This document shows, in pieces, positions 27,458 through 36,215 of a stretch of 64,000 bases of DNA. The position numbers were made by a program, and so were the translations under genes. The notes beneath the pieces are model-generated. The model had not been told where the DNA came from, searched no databases, and saw only the letters and a list, made by a program, of their open reading frames with translations. Source of the DNA: an uncultured Gammaproteobacteria bacterium (GTDB taxonomy: Bacteria; Pseudomonadota; Gammaproteobacteria; Pseudomonadales; JAHEGP01); contig CAVROQ010000033.1 of assembly GCA_963722805.1 (NCBI GenBank), forward strand, positions 198,619-262,618, given 5' to 3'. Numbering within the stretch: the stretch's first letter is position 1; each line of letters starts with the position of its first letter.

Positions 27458-28180
27458 CTATTCGTTGGGTTGGTTTTGTAGACGGGTCGCAATTTCGAGT
27501 CCGACCAGTCGGGCGATAATGATGGCTAGATAAAGTTGTGAAACCATAGCTTCAAAAGTGGCGAGAGCACGGGCGGCTGGCGCTACAGGAAGAATGTCGC
27601 CATAACCCAGGGTGGTCATGGTGACCAGGCTGAAGTAGACCAAATCGAACTCTAATGATTGCTGCCCCAAATTGCTGTGGGCAGTTTTTGCCAGGTCCGG
27701 GATATAAAAAGCTCCGGGGACGAACCATTCCAGCAAGATGAATGTTGATCCGAACGCCAGGCCAAGCATAACAAAAATGCAGCTTGCTCCCAATACCGTA
27801 TCTTTCGAAACATGTTTGCTTTGCATGATACTGACGAAGATCATGACGATCATTTGACTGAAAAACAGAACCCGCAGTGCTGCGGCATAGGGGTAGGCTG
27901 CTGCTACCGCAAACGACCGACTGAGCAGCTCTGCCAGGATAAAAGCAAAGCCCAGCAGTAGGGTTAAGAAGTAAGCAGTCCCCCGCCCGTGTGAAGCACG
28001 CAGTGCAGATGCAACCACGCCCATTGAGGTCAGGGTGAAAAGCCAGCTTAGATATTTGTGGTAGCCCAGGAAGGGGTAGATCAACAGTAGCGCGAACAGA
28101 ACGATCAGCAGTAGACCGTAGCGACTTTCCCCGGTCTTGATGGCTGATTCCAAGGCTCCTCGCCGCTTCATGGGGTTCAT
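27458..28180 (-). CDS. Potassium channel family protein (pore-loop TTLGYGD)
   Basis: 240 aa, multiple TM helices. The canonical K+ selectivity filter LVTMTTLGYGDILP sits between the last two helices. Confidence 0.7.
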   Translation of the reverse strand: MNPMKRRGALESAIKTGESRYGLLLIVLFALLLIYPFLGYHKYLSWLFTLTSMGVVASALRASHGRGTAYFLTLLLGFAFILAELLSRSFAVAAAYPYAAALRVLFFSQMIVMIFVSIMQSKHVSKDTVLGASCIFVMLGLAFGSTFILLEWFVPGAFYIPDLAKTAHSNLGQQSLEFDLVYFSLVTMTTLGYGDILPVAPAARALATFEAMVSQLYLAIIIARLVGLEIATRLQNQPNE

Positions 28181-28620
28181 CCTCTGCCGGGTGTCAGCTC
28201 AATAGGTCGAGTGCAAAGGTAGTCGTTTTGTCCATATGATTTCATTACTGGCCAGCTGCGCATGTAGGCCTGGCATTGCGTGAATATCCAGTGAAAAAAT
28301 AGCACCTCGTTGCCACGCGCCTCGGCGACAGCCAGCTGATGTTATCTGCCACTGGGTATTAAATGTTATTAACCAGAGGTGCCGTAAATCAAAATATCGT
28401 ATTTCATAGCGTTGACGATACCCAGCATAAAGCGCACTAACGCAGAAGTCGACATCTATCAGGTTTACCTTGAGCGAGAACTTGCGGTTGGCCCATACGG
28501 AAAGTCTCTGGAGTTGTCGGGCCGGCTGCGATTAAAGGTATACTGGAGTGCGTAAAAAGACTGCCAGCGAAATACAAACTATCTGCAGACCACAAAAAAA
28601 CAAGGTATAACGGACAATAT

Positions 28621-31059
28621 ATGGTGCTGAGTAAGGGCGCGCTTGCCGGCATCAGGGTGCTGGAGGTCGTCGATGAAACTGCGTCCTGGTGTGGCAAGTT
28701 ATTTGCTGACATGGGTGCTGAGGTCATCCGGATCGAGCCGCCCGGCGGTGTCGCCGAGCGCAAGCGTGCGCCTTTCCTCGAAGGCATTGAGGGCGCTGAT
28801 CGCAGTCTGGCGTTTCTCAATAACAATACCAATAAGAAAAGCCTGAGCCTTGAGCTGGCGTCCGCCGCTGGAGCACAAACCTTTCGCCAGCTCGCCCGTA
28901 CTAGCGAGCTGGTGATCGAGAGTCTGCCTGTGGGTCAGCTCGCTGCGTGGCAGCTGGATTACCATCGTCTGAGAATCGACAACCCGGCGCTGGTCATGAC
29001 CTCAATCACCGGCTTTGGCCAAACCGGGCCCCACTGCCACTTTCGCAGTGCCGATATCGTGGCGGCGGCCATGGGTGGGGCCATGGCAGTTACCGGCGCG
29101 GCGCAAGATCCTCCGGTAGTGCTGGCCGGCTCCCAGTCGTATATCGCCAGCTCGACCCTGGCCGCGGTGAGCAGCATGATCGCCTTGCACCACAGTGCCG
29201 TCAGCGGCTGTGGCCAGCATGTGGATATCTCGATGCAAGAGGCCATGCTGATGGTAGGCAGCATCTGCGGGGTGGGCAAATGGCTGGAGGACGGGATGGT
29301 CCCGGCACGGTTTGGCACTGGCTTGTTTGCCTCGGTGCCCTCCGGCGCCTATGCCTGCAGTGATGGCAGCATTTACCTGATGATCAATCGACCGCGGCAC
29401 TGGCAGGCGCTGGCGCGTTGGGTAAACGAGATGACCGGCAACCGCGAAATTCTCGATCCGATGTTCGAAGGTCCATCTTCAAAGCGCCAGCCCTACCGGG
29501 AAATGCTCGACCTGTTTATCGGCGAGTTGAGCGCTGCTTATACGGTGGCTGACTTTTATCGTGAGGGTCAGCGCCGCCACCTTGCCGTTGCCCCGGTCAA
29601 TACCGGGCACAGTATTGTTGGCGATGGACACTTGCAACAACGCCAGTTCTTTGTCGAGCTGCAACATGGTGGGCATAGCCTGCGCTATCCCGGGCCGCCT
29701 TATCGCATGTCGGCGAGCCCCTGGCGCATCGCCGCTGGTGCACCGACTATCGACGAGCACAAGCCCGCCCTGGAGCAGTTGTTGCAGCGCGTGCGTGTGC
29801 CCCGCAGCAAAGCTTCGCAAGGGCGGCGACCAGCGCCGCGGGAGCGGGCTCTTGCCGGGCTGCGGGTGGTGGAGTTTACGACCGGTATGGCGGGGCCCTG
29901 GATTGGCCGGATTATGGCTTGCTGTGGCGCCGAGGTGATTAAGGTTGAGTCCCGCGACTACCCGGATGTTACCCGCCTCTATGTGCCGCCTCGCAACCCG
30001 GAACTGGGGGTGCAGTCGCAGTTGTCGCCGTGGCTGACCGACTGGAATGCCGGCAAGCGATTCGTAGGTTTGGATTTGAACCAGCCCGCAGGGCTTGAAC
30101 TGGCAAAGCAGTTGGTCGCCGCCAGCGATGTGGTGATCGACAACAATGCCAATGGCGTGCTGGACAAACTCGGACTGGGATTTGCCGAGCTACAACGCGA
30201 AAACCCCGCCCTTATCCTGCTCAGTAGTACTGGCTATGGCAGGCACGGTCCAGACTCCAATTATATCTCCTGGGGGCCGAATATTGAGGCCTTGTCGGGG
30301 CTCTCGCATTGGTCTGGCTTTGACCATCGACACTGCACCATGACCCAGTTTGCCTATCCCGACCCACTCAGCGCGCTGTATGGATTATTCGCGATCCTGT
30401 GCGCACTGCAACAGCGGAATCAAACCGGGTCTGGCCAGTGCATTGAGCTGTCGCAGCTCGAGGTGATGCTGGCCAGCCTGGGAGAACCGCTGATGAACGT
30501 TATGGCGCATGGCCGCGAGCCTGAAAAGTTGGGCAATAGCTCACTAAATTATGCGCCCCACGGTTGCTATCCCTGCGCCGGTATTGACCGTTGGTGCGTG
30601 ATTGTTGCAGCAGACCAGCAGCAATGGCGCGCCGTGTGCGAGGTATTGCAGCGCAGCGAGTGGCTGACCGATAGCCGCTTTGTCGAGCTGGCCTCAAGGT
30701 TGCGCTATCGCGATACCCTGGACGAGCTCATCGCCAGTGCCACGCATAGCTGGTGCGACTACGATTTGATGCAGGCCTTGCAGCGGCGCGGGGTGGCAGC
30801 CGGCGTGGTCCAGAATGCGGCAGATCAATACCAGCGCGATCCCCAGCTGGCTGCGCGCCACTACTTCGAAACGCTTGCCCATGCGCGCAAAGGTGAGGTG
30901 GTGGCTCCGGGTATTGCCCTGGGTCTGACGGTCACTGAGGTAAAATCGGGAGAAGCCGGGCGGGGGCCCGGGGCCGACAACAAAGCGGTTTTTTGTGGGC
31001 TTCTAGGAATAAGTCCTGCGCGCTATCGGCAATTGCGGGCAGCCGGCGTTATCCACTAA
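28621..31059 (+). CDS. Fusion of two family III (CaiB/BaiF) CoA-transferase domains, DddD-like architecture
   Basis: 812 aa. Domain 1 starts LAGIRVLEVVDETASWCGKLFADMGAEVIRIEPPGG. Domain 2 starts LAGLRVVEFTTGMAGPWIGRIMACCGAEVIKVESRD. Each is a full-length CaiB-like unit. Confidence 0.85.
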   Translation: MVLSKGALAGIRVLEVVDETASWCGKLFADMGAEVIRIEPPGGVAERKRAPFLEGIEGADRSLAFLNNNTNKKSLSLELASAAGAQTFRQLARTSELVIESLPVGQLAAWQLDYHRLRIDNPALVMTSITGFGQTGPHCHFRSADIVAAAMGGAMAVTGAAQDPPVVLAGSQSYIASSTLAAVSSMIALHHSAVSGCGQHVDISMQEAMLMVGSICGVGKWLEDGMVPARFGTGLFASVPSGAYACSDGSIYLMINRPRHWQALARWVNEMTGNREILDPMFEGPSSKRQPYREMLDLFIGELSAAYTVADFYREGQRRHLAVAPVNTGHSIVGDGHLQQRQFFVELQHGGHSLRYPGPPYRMSASPWRIAAGAPTIDEHKPALEQLLQRVRVPRSKASQGRRPAPRERALAGLRVVEFTTGMAGPWIGRIMACCGAEVIKVESRDYPDVTRLYVPPRNPELGVQSQLSPWLTDWNAGKRFVGLDLNQPAGLELAKQLVAASDVVIDNNANGVLDKLGLGFAELQRENPALILLSSTGYGRHGPDSNYISWGPNIEALSGLSHWSGFDHRHCTMTQFAYPDPLSALYGLFAILCALQQRNQTGSGQCIELSQLEVMLASLGEPLMNVMAHGREPEKLGNSSLNYAPHGCYPCAGIDRWCVIVAADQQQWRAVCEVLQRSEWLTDSRFVELASRLRYRDTLDELIASATHSWCDYDLMQALQRRGVAAGVVQNAADQYQRDPQLAARHYFETLAHARKGEVVAPGIALGLTVTEVKSGEAGRGPGADNKAVFCGLLGISPARYRQLRAAGVIH

Positions 31060-31232
31060 GCGTTTTGGGGCTATGACCCGGGTTCCCACCTGTGCTGGCC
31101 GATGAAGCCTCTGCTGGCCCCAAATGATATCGCAACGGCCGCTACAGCATTTTGCCTATCCCGGCCAACATGCGGCTGATGGCTTATCGTGGCAGGCCAC
31201 CGTGTTATTCCGCTGAGTCGAGGAAGTGCTGC

Positions 31233-32471
31233 ATGACTGCAAATCGCCCACCGCTGGAAGGCCTTCGTATAATTGAAAGCTCGCTGCTGGGCGCGGCGGC
31301 GATTTCCACCACGTTTGCCGATCTCGGTGCCGAGGTGATCAAGGTGGAGTCACCGGCGGGTGATTATATTCGTGAAATGACCTGGCCGATCATCGAGGGC
31401 GTTTCGCTGATGCACTATCACCTGAATCGCGGCAAGAAGAGTATCACCCTCGATCTCAAAACCGCCAGGGGCGTTGAGATTTATCGCGAGTTGGCGAAAG
31501 ATGCAGACGTGGTGATCGAAACCATGCGCCCGGGAACGCTCGCTAAACTCGGGCTGGGTTTTGCCGACCTGAAAAAAATAAATCCCAAAATTGTGTTCTG
31601 TACGGTGTCGGGTTATGGCTCCAGCGGGCCCTACCAGGCGATGCCGTCCCACGGCATCGCCTACGATACCTGGTCGGGTGTGGTTACCCCGGCATACGAT
31701 GACGAAGGCTTTTGCTATATTCCCGAGCATGTGTCCATTGGTATCAACGCTGCGCCACTGGTGGGCGGCCTGGCCATTCTGGCCGGTGTGTTGCGAGCCC
31801 GGGAAACCGGCGAGGGCTGTGAAATGGAATTGGGCCAGAGCGATGCCGCGGCTTATTTCGACTGGTATCGCAGCGAAAGCCATATGGCTTATGCGCGACC
31901 CGAAAACGAAGTCACCGGCAACAAGGCCGATGGCTACAAACGGCGTCCAGTCGCCACTGCGGGCATGCGGCATGGTGTGCGCTACCAGCTGTATGAAGCC
32001 AGCGATGGTCATGTGCTGTTTATGGCGTCGGAGCAGGCCTTCTGGAAAAACTTCTGTGCCGGGGTCGAGCGCATGGATCTGTTCGACAAATGGCCTGGTT
32101 CAAAGTATGCCGACCATGCCCCGGGTAATCGGCAGCTGCAGGCCGAATTGCGGGCCATATTTAAAACCCGGACCTCGGCCGGCTGGATAGCATTCAGCAA
32201 CGAGTTCAATACCCCTATAGCGCCGGTCAACACGCCGGCCACCGTGGTCGATGACCCGCAGTTCAAAGCCCGTATCAAGGTATTGCCGCACCAGCGCCAC
32301 GGTGCGGATATGCTGGCATTTCCGGTGCACTTTATGGGTGAGGAATTGCCCGAGCCCGAGAGAGCGCCGACCGCCGGCGAGCATACCGAAGAAGTGCTGC
32401 GAAATGTACTGGGTTATGAAGCTACCACTATCAATAAGCTGCGAGAGGAGGGGGTTTTCGGCGCAGGCTAG
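31233..32471 (+). CDS. Family III CoA-transferase
   Basis: ORF trimmed to ATG 31233 (GAGGAAG upstream). LEGLRIIESSLLGAAAISTTFADLGAEVIKVESPAGD and a later TGEGCE block. Confidence 0.8.
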   Translation: MTANRPPLEGLRIIESSLLGAAAISTTFADLGAEVIKVESPAGDYIREMTWPIIEGVSLMHYHLNRGKKSITLDLKTARGVEIYRELAKDADVVIETMRPGTLAKLGLGFADLKKINPKIVFCTVSGYGSSGPYQAMPSHGIAYDTWSGVVTPAYDDEGFCYIPEHVSIGINAAPLVGGLAILAGVLRARETGEGCEMELGQSDAAAYFDWYRSESHMAYARPENEVTGNKADGYKRRPVATAGMRHGVRYQLYEASDGHVLFMASEQAFWKNFCAGVERMDLFDKWPGSKYADHAPGNRQLQAELRAIFKTRTSAGWIAFSNEFNTPIAPVNTPATVVDDPQFKARIKVLPHQRHGADMLAFPVHFMGEELPEPERAPTAGEHTEEVLRNVLGYEATTINKLREEGVFGAG

Positions 32472-32709
32472 GACACTGTCTGCAGCCATTTTCGTGCATC
32501 CATTTCTCGGCTTTCTTCCCCTTGTGGCCGCGTCAACCAGGGCCCACCCGACCCAAAGCTATTGGCTAAAAAGCTGTCCTCTTCTGATATTCTTTAGGCC
32601 GCTATCGCTGCGTCGCCTGGATCAAAATTTGTCGCTATCTCGCTAGAATCTCAGTCTCCCGGTGGTCTTAACGAGCTGTGGAAAGACCTGCAGTCGGAGG
32701 TGTCACGCC

Positions 32710-33891
32710 ATGAATTTTGAATTTGCCGAGAAGGAACGGGAATTTATCCGCGAAGTGGACGAGTTTCTGGAGCAGAATCGTCACATTGATGTGATGGATG
32801 TGACTCGAGAGAACATGGCGCAAGTGTGTGACACGCCCGAGCGCCGGGCGTTTATGAAAAAGCTGGCCGATCGTGGCTGGCTGGGTATTACCTGGCCCGC
32901 GGAGCACGGTGGTCAGGAAGGCGATGGCATCTACGAATACCTGCTCAATGAAAAGCTGTCCTCGGTGGGAGCGCCGGGTATCGGCAAAGGCGTAGGCATT
33001 GTCGGCAAAACCCTTATTCGGGTCGGATCTGAAAAGCTCAAAAAGGAATTTCTGCCAAAAATCATTAACGCGCAAGTCGAGTTCGCTGTCGGCTACTCCG
33101 AGCCGAGTGCCGGTTCCGACTCGGCAGCCATGCGACTCAAGGCCGAGCGCGTCGAGGGCGGTTGGGTACTTAACGGGCAAAAGATATTTACCACTTCGGC
33201 GCACTTTGCCGACTGGTACTGGGTGGGCGCGCGCACCGATCCCGAGGCACCCAAGCACCATGGCATCAGCTTGTTCCTGGTGCCCATGGATCACCCGGGC
33301 CTGACCATACACCCCATGCCCACCATGGGCGGTGAGCGCACTAACGGGGTATTTTTTGATGATGTGTTCGTACCTGAAGATTATCTCGTCGGTGAGCTCA
33401 ACAAGGGCTTTCAATACATTGCCGAGGCGCTGGATATTGAGCGCTTTACCATGTTTACCTTTGCGCCCATTCGAGGTCGGGTTGAGCTGCTGGCGGACTA
33501 TGTGAAAAACACGGTGCGCGATGGCGTGCCCCTGAAAGACGACCCGGTGATTCGCCAGCGAGTGGCACAGTTGGTTACCGAGTGCGAGGTTGCTCGCCTG
33601 CTCGGGGTTAAGTTTGTCGACGCTGCCATCAATAGCGATAAAACGCCTACGGCTGAGGCATCCTTCTACAAGTTGTTTGCTACCGAGCTGTCCTTGCGGG
33701 TTGCCAATGCGACGATGGATATTATTGGTCCGGGTGCCCAGCTGGCTCTGGGTACTGAGGGGGCGCCACTGAATGGTCGCGCCGAGAGTTGTTACACCTA
33801 TACCGTCATCGATACCATCGGTGGCGGTTCGTCCGAGGTTCAGCGCAATATTATCGCGCGGCGCCATCTCGGCTTACCGAAAAACTTCTGA
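32710..33891 (+). CDS. Acyl-CoA dehydrogenase
   Basis: ORF trimmed to ATG 32710. GYSEPSAGSDSAAMRLKAERVEGGWVLNGQKIFTTSA and C-terminal GGGSSEVQRNIIARRHLGLP are typical ACAD blocks. Confidence 0.85.
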   Translation: MNFEFAEKEREFIREVDEFLEQNRHIDVMDVTRENMAQVCDTPERRAFMKKLADRGWLGITWPAEHGGQEGDGIYEYLLNEKLSSVGAPGIGKGVGIVGKTLIRVGSEKLKKEFLPKIINAQVEFAVGYSEPSAGSDSAAMRLKAERVEGGWVLNGQKIFTTSAHFADWYWVGARTDPEAPKHHGISLFLVPMDHPGLTIHPMPTMGGERTNGVFFDDVFVPEDYLVGELNKGFQYIAEALDIERFTMFTFAPIRGRVELLADYVKNTVRDGVPLKDDPVIRQRVAQLVTECEVARLLGVKFVDAAINSDKTPTAEASFYKLFATELSLRVANATMDIIGPGAQLALGTEGAPLNGRAESCYTYTVIDTIGGGSSEVQRNIIARRHLGLPKNF

Positions 33892-33899
33892 TTGTCGCC

Positions 33900-35060
33900 A
33901 TGGACTTCCTTCAGGGTTTAACAGTGCTTGATCTGGCCAGCGTGGGCCCGGCGGCACGAGCCTCGAGGATTCTGGCCGACTACGGGATGGAGGTGATAAA
34001 GCTGGCGCCGGTGACGGCCCATGGCGCCAAGCAGATAGACCCGGTATTTCACGCCTATGGTGCCGGGCGCGGCATGCGCAGGATTCGTCTCGATCTTAAA
34101 TCGTCAGAGGGCATAGCGGCGCTGGCTAAACTGGTTGCCGGAGTCGATGTGGTGATAGAGAGTTTTCGACCCGGCGTGGCCGAGCGCCTCGGCATCGCTT
34201 ATCAAGACTTGAAGCCGCACAATCGCCAACTTGTTTATTGTTCGACCAGTGGCTATGGCCAACAAGGTCCTTATTCACAGTGGGCGGGACACGACATCAA
34301 CTACCTGGCAGCGACCGGTTTTCTCGACTGTAGCGGCCGCGATGGCGAGGGCGTACCCGCCATGCCGGGAGTCACGGTCGCCGACAGTGCGGGCGGCGGT
34401 ATGCATGCCGCCATGGCCATTATTGCGGCGCTGCTAAACCGCTGTCGGCACAACGAGGGCGCTTATCTCGATGTCGCCGCCACCGACGGCGTGCTCAGCA
34501 TGATGTCATTATACCTTGACCAATACACCGCCACCGGCTTCGAAACCCAGTCTGGCAATGCCCTGCTGACCGGCCAGTATGCCTGGTATGGCGTGTACCC
34601 GACCGCCGACGGTAAAGCCGTGTCAGTGGGAGCCATTGAGCCGCATTTCTTTCGCAGGCTGTGTCGTCTTTTGGATCTTGGCCAATTTAGCGACAGCCAA
34701 TATGACCACGCCCGACAAGCGGACATGAAGGCAGCGTTTACCCGGGTATTCCTGACTCGCAGTCGCGACCAGTGGACTGAACGCCTGGCAGCTGAAGATA
34801 CCTGTATGGCGCCGGTGCTGAGTATTGCTGAAGTCGCGGGTGATCCCCACTACCGTGCACGCTCCAGCTTTATGACCGCACATCACCCTGAGCATGGCGA
34901 GTTCGCGCAGCTTGCACCGGTGCTGGCAGGATGTAAGCGCCAGCAGCCAGTATTCGAAATGCCCGCCACGGCCGAGACCGATAGCGACGCGGTATTTATG
35001 GCTGCCGGATTCAGCGAAGCCGAAATAGAGCATTTACGCTTGGCCGGCGTACTGGAATAG
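33900..35060 (+). CDS. Family III CoA-transferase fold protein, alpha-methylacyl-CoA racemase-like
   Basis: ORF trimmed to ATG 33900. LTVLDLASVGPAARASRILADYGMEVIKL. The WAGHDINYLAATGFL block matches the GHDINYLA signature I associate with AMACR/Mcr. An Asp-containing VTVADSAGGG block follows. Confidence 0.7.
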   Translation: MDFLQGLTVLDLASVGPAARASRILADYGMEVIKLAPVTAHGAKQIDPVFHAYGAGRGMRRIRLDLKSSEGIAALAKLVAGVDVVIESFRPGVAERLGIAYQDLKPHNRQLVYCSTSGYGQQGPYSQWAGHDINYLAATGFLDCSGRDGEGVPAMPGVTVADSAGGGMHAAMAIIAALLNRCRHNEGAYLDVAATDGVLSMMSLYLDQYTATGFETQSGNALLTGQYAWYGVYPTADGKAVSVGAIEPHFFRRLCRLLDLGQFSDSQYDHARQADMKAAFTRVFLTRSRDQWTERLAAEDTCMAPVLSIAEVAGDPHYRARSSFMTAHHPEHGEFAQLAPVLAGCKRQQPVFEMPATAETDSDAVFMAAGFSEAEIEHLRLAGVLE

Positions 35061-35065
35061 TTTTT

Positions 35066-35602
35066 ATGGAGCAGCCGATGACAAACGATATTTTGGCTAT
35101 TCCCCCGGAGGTGGAGGCGCTGATCGGTGTGGTGCAATATCGTGAGCAAAGCACGTTTCCCATCGAGATGGCCTACGTCTATAACACCTGCGCTGCGGTG
35201 CAAAATGGCAATCCCTTGTTTTGGGACAGCACGGTAGCCGAGCAACTAACGGGAGGCCAGATCGCTCCGCCGACCATGATGTCAGTGTGGTTCAGGCCTC
35301 ACTATTGGGAGCCGGGTGCGGTGGGCGAGCAAAAGGCCCTGCAGGCGCACTTCGATTTAAAGGTCTTGCTGCAATTGCCCGAGGCGATCATATCTGGCAA
35401 CGAAATGGTTTTTGGTGAGCCGGTTCGACCGGGCGACATTTTGACTACCCAGCAAATCCTGCGCTCTATCAGTGAGGTGAAAACAACCCGGGTGGGACGG
35501 GGGCGTTTTTGGGTTATCGATGTTGAGTGTTACAACCAGGATGGCGGTTTTGTCGGTCGTGACATCTATTCATGCCTCGGTTACCGGAGGGAAGCCGCTT
35601 GA
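35066..35602 (+). CDS. Hotdog-fold protein, non-catalytic partner of a MaoC-type (R)-hydratase pair
   Basis: 178 aa. Adjacent to and overlapping the MaoC-like gene. The arrangement resembles heteromeric ChsH1/ChsH2-type hydratases. Confidence 0.55.
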   Translation: MEQPMTNDILAIPPEVEALIGVVQYREQSTFPIEMAYVYNTCAAVQNGNPLFWDSTVAEQLTGGQIAPPTMMSVWFRPHYWEPGAVGEQKALQAHFDLKVLLQLPEAIISGNEMVFGEPVRPGDILTTQQILRSISEVKTTRVGRGRFWVIDVECYNQDGGFVGRDIYSCLGYRREAA

Positions 35603-36087
35603 GCACTATAGCGCAGCCGACACTGACTGCCGAAACGGTCAGTGTCGGCCAGCAATTGCCACCCCTGGAGCACGATGTGACGGCGACCACGGTGGTGCTG
35701 GGTGCGCTCGCCAGTCGCGACTGGCGGCCGATGCATCACGACAAGGAATTTGCCATACAGCGAAACGGCGTTGCCGATATTTTCATCAACACCCCCAACA
35801 ATGCAGCATGGTTTGAACGTTATATTACCGACTGGACCGGACCGACGGGTCGGCTGGGAAGAATGAAGTTCAAGATGAGCTCGTCGGTGTTTCCCGGCGA
35901 TCGCATGCTGTTTGCCGGCACGGTCAAGAGCATCACCAGCGATGCCGGCGGATGCTGTTGGCTGGAACTGGATATTGCAGTCACCGTCGCCGGCGAAGTC
36001 TCCACCCGCTGTCTTGCCCGGGTAGCGATACCCGCGCATGCCGACGACAACCCCTGGCAGCGACGCGGAGAAAATTGGTTGCCTTAG
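35599..36087 (+). CDS. MaoC-like (R)-specific enoyl-CoA hydratase, hotdog fold
   Basis: ORF 35572..36087. The likely start is TTG 35599, overlapping the upstream TGA (TTGA). SRDWRPMHHDKEFA hydratase motif. Confidence 0.65.
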   Translation: MSTIAQPTLTAETVSVGQQLPPLEHDVTATTVVLGALASRDWRPMHHDKEFAIQRNGVADIFINTPNNAAWFERYITDWTGPTGRLGRMKFKMSSSVFPGDRMLFAGTVKSITSDAGGCCWLELDIAVTVAGEVSTRCLARVAIPAHADDNPWQRRGENWLP

Positions 36088-36187
36088 TTGACGCAGTGTA
36101 GTTGACGCAGTGTAACTGACGCAGTGTAACTGACGCAGTGTAACTGGCGCAGTGCAGCTGGCGCAGTGCAAACACGCAGTGCAAAGG
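36088..36187. repeat. 14-bp tandem repeat: 7 copies of the core CGCAGTG in an intra-operon gap
   Basis: TTGACGCAGTGTAG / TTGACGCAGTGTAAC / TGACGCAGTGTAAC x2 / TGGCGCAGTGCAGC / TGGCGCAGTGCAAACA / CGCAGTGCAAAGG. Cores at 36092, 36106, 36120, 36134, 36148, 36162 and 36175. Confidence 0.9.
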
Positions 36188-36215
36188 CGTGAAGCAAACA
36201 TATAGAGAGGCTGGC

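Noticed and set aside
31120-31157. Possible degenerate fourth copy of the conserved promoter motif (CCAAATGATATCGCAACGGCCGCTACAGCATTTTG). There are also look-alikes at 32625-32649 (CAAAATTTGTCGCTATC...TAGAAT) and 28251-28283.
   Set aside because: Spacing between sub-elements differs by 2-6 nt, and no TAGACT occurs at the fixed +66 position. The similarity could be chance in these contexts. They are mentioned only as candidates for a PWM scan.
32668-33867. 399-aa minus-strand ORF
   Set aside because: It is antisense to the well-supported acyl-CoA dehydrogenase gene. No motifs; typical GC-rich shadow ORF. The same applies to 47334..48266 (+, opposite NMO), 31350..32012 (-), 54808..55404 (-), 36222..36707 (-), 16890..17450 (-) and 43892..44539 (+).
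35581-36201. 206-aa minus-strand ORF with a repetitive N-terminus (CTACLHCASCTAPVTLRQLHC...)
   Set aside because: The repetitive part is just the translation of the 14-bp tandem repeat. The rest is antisense to the MaoC-like gene.
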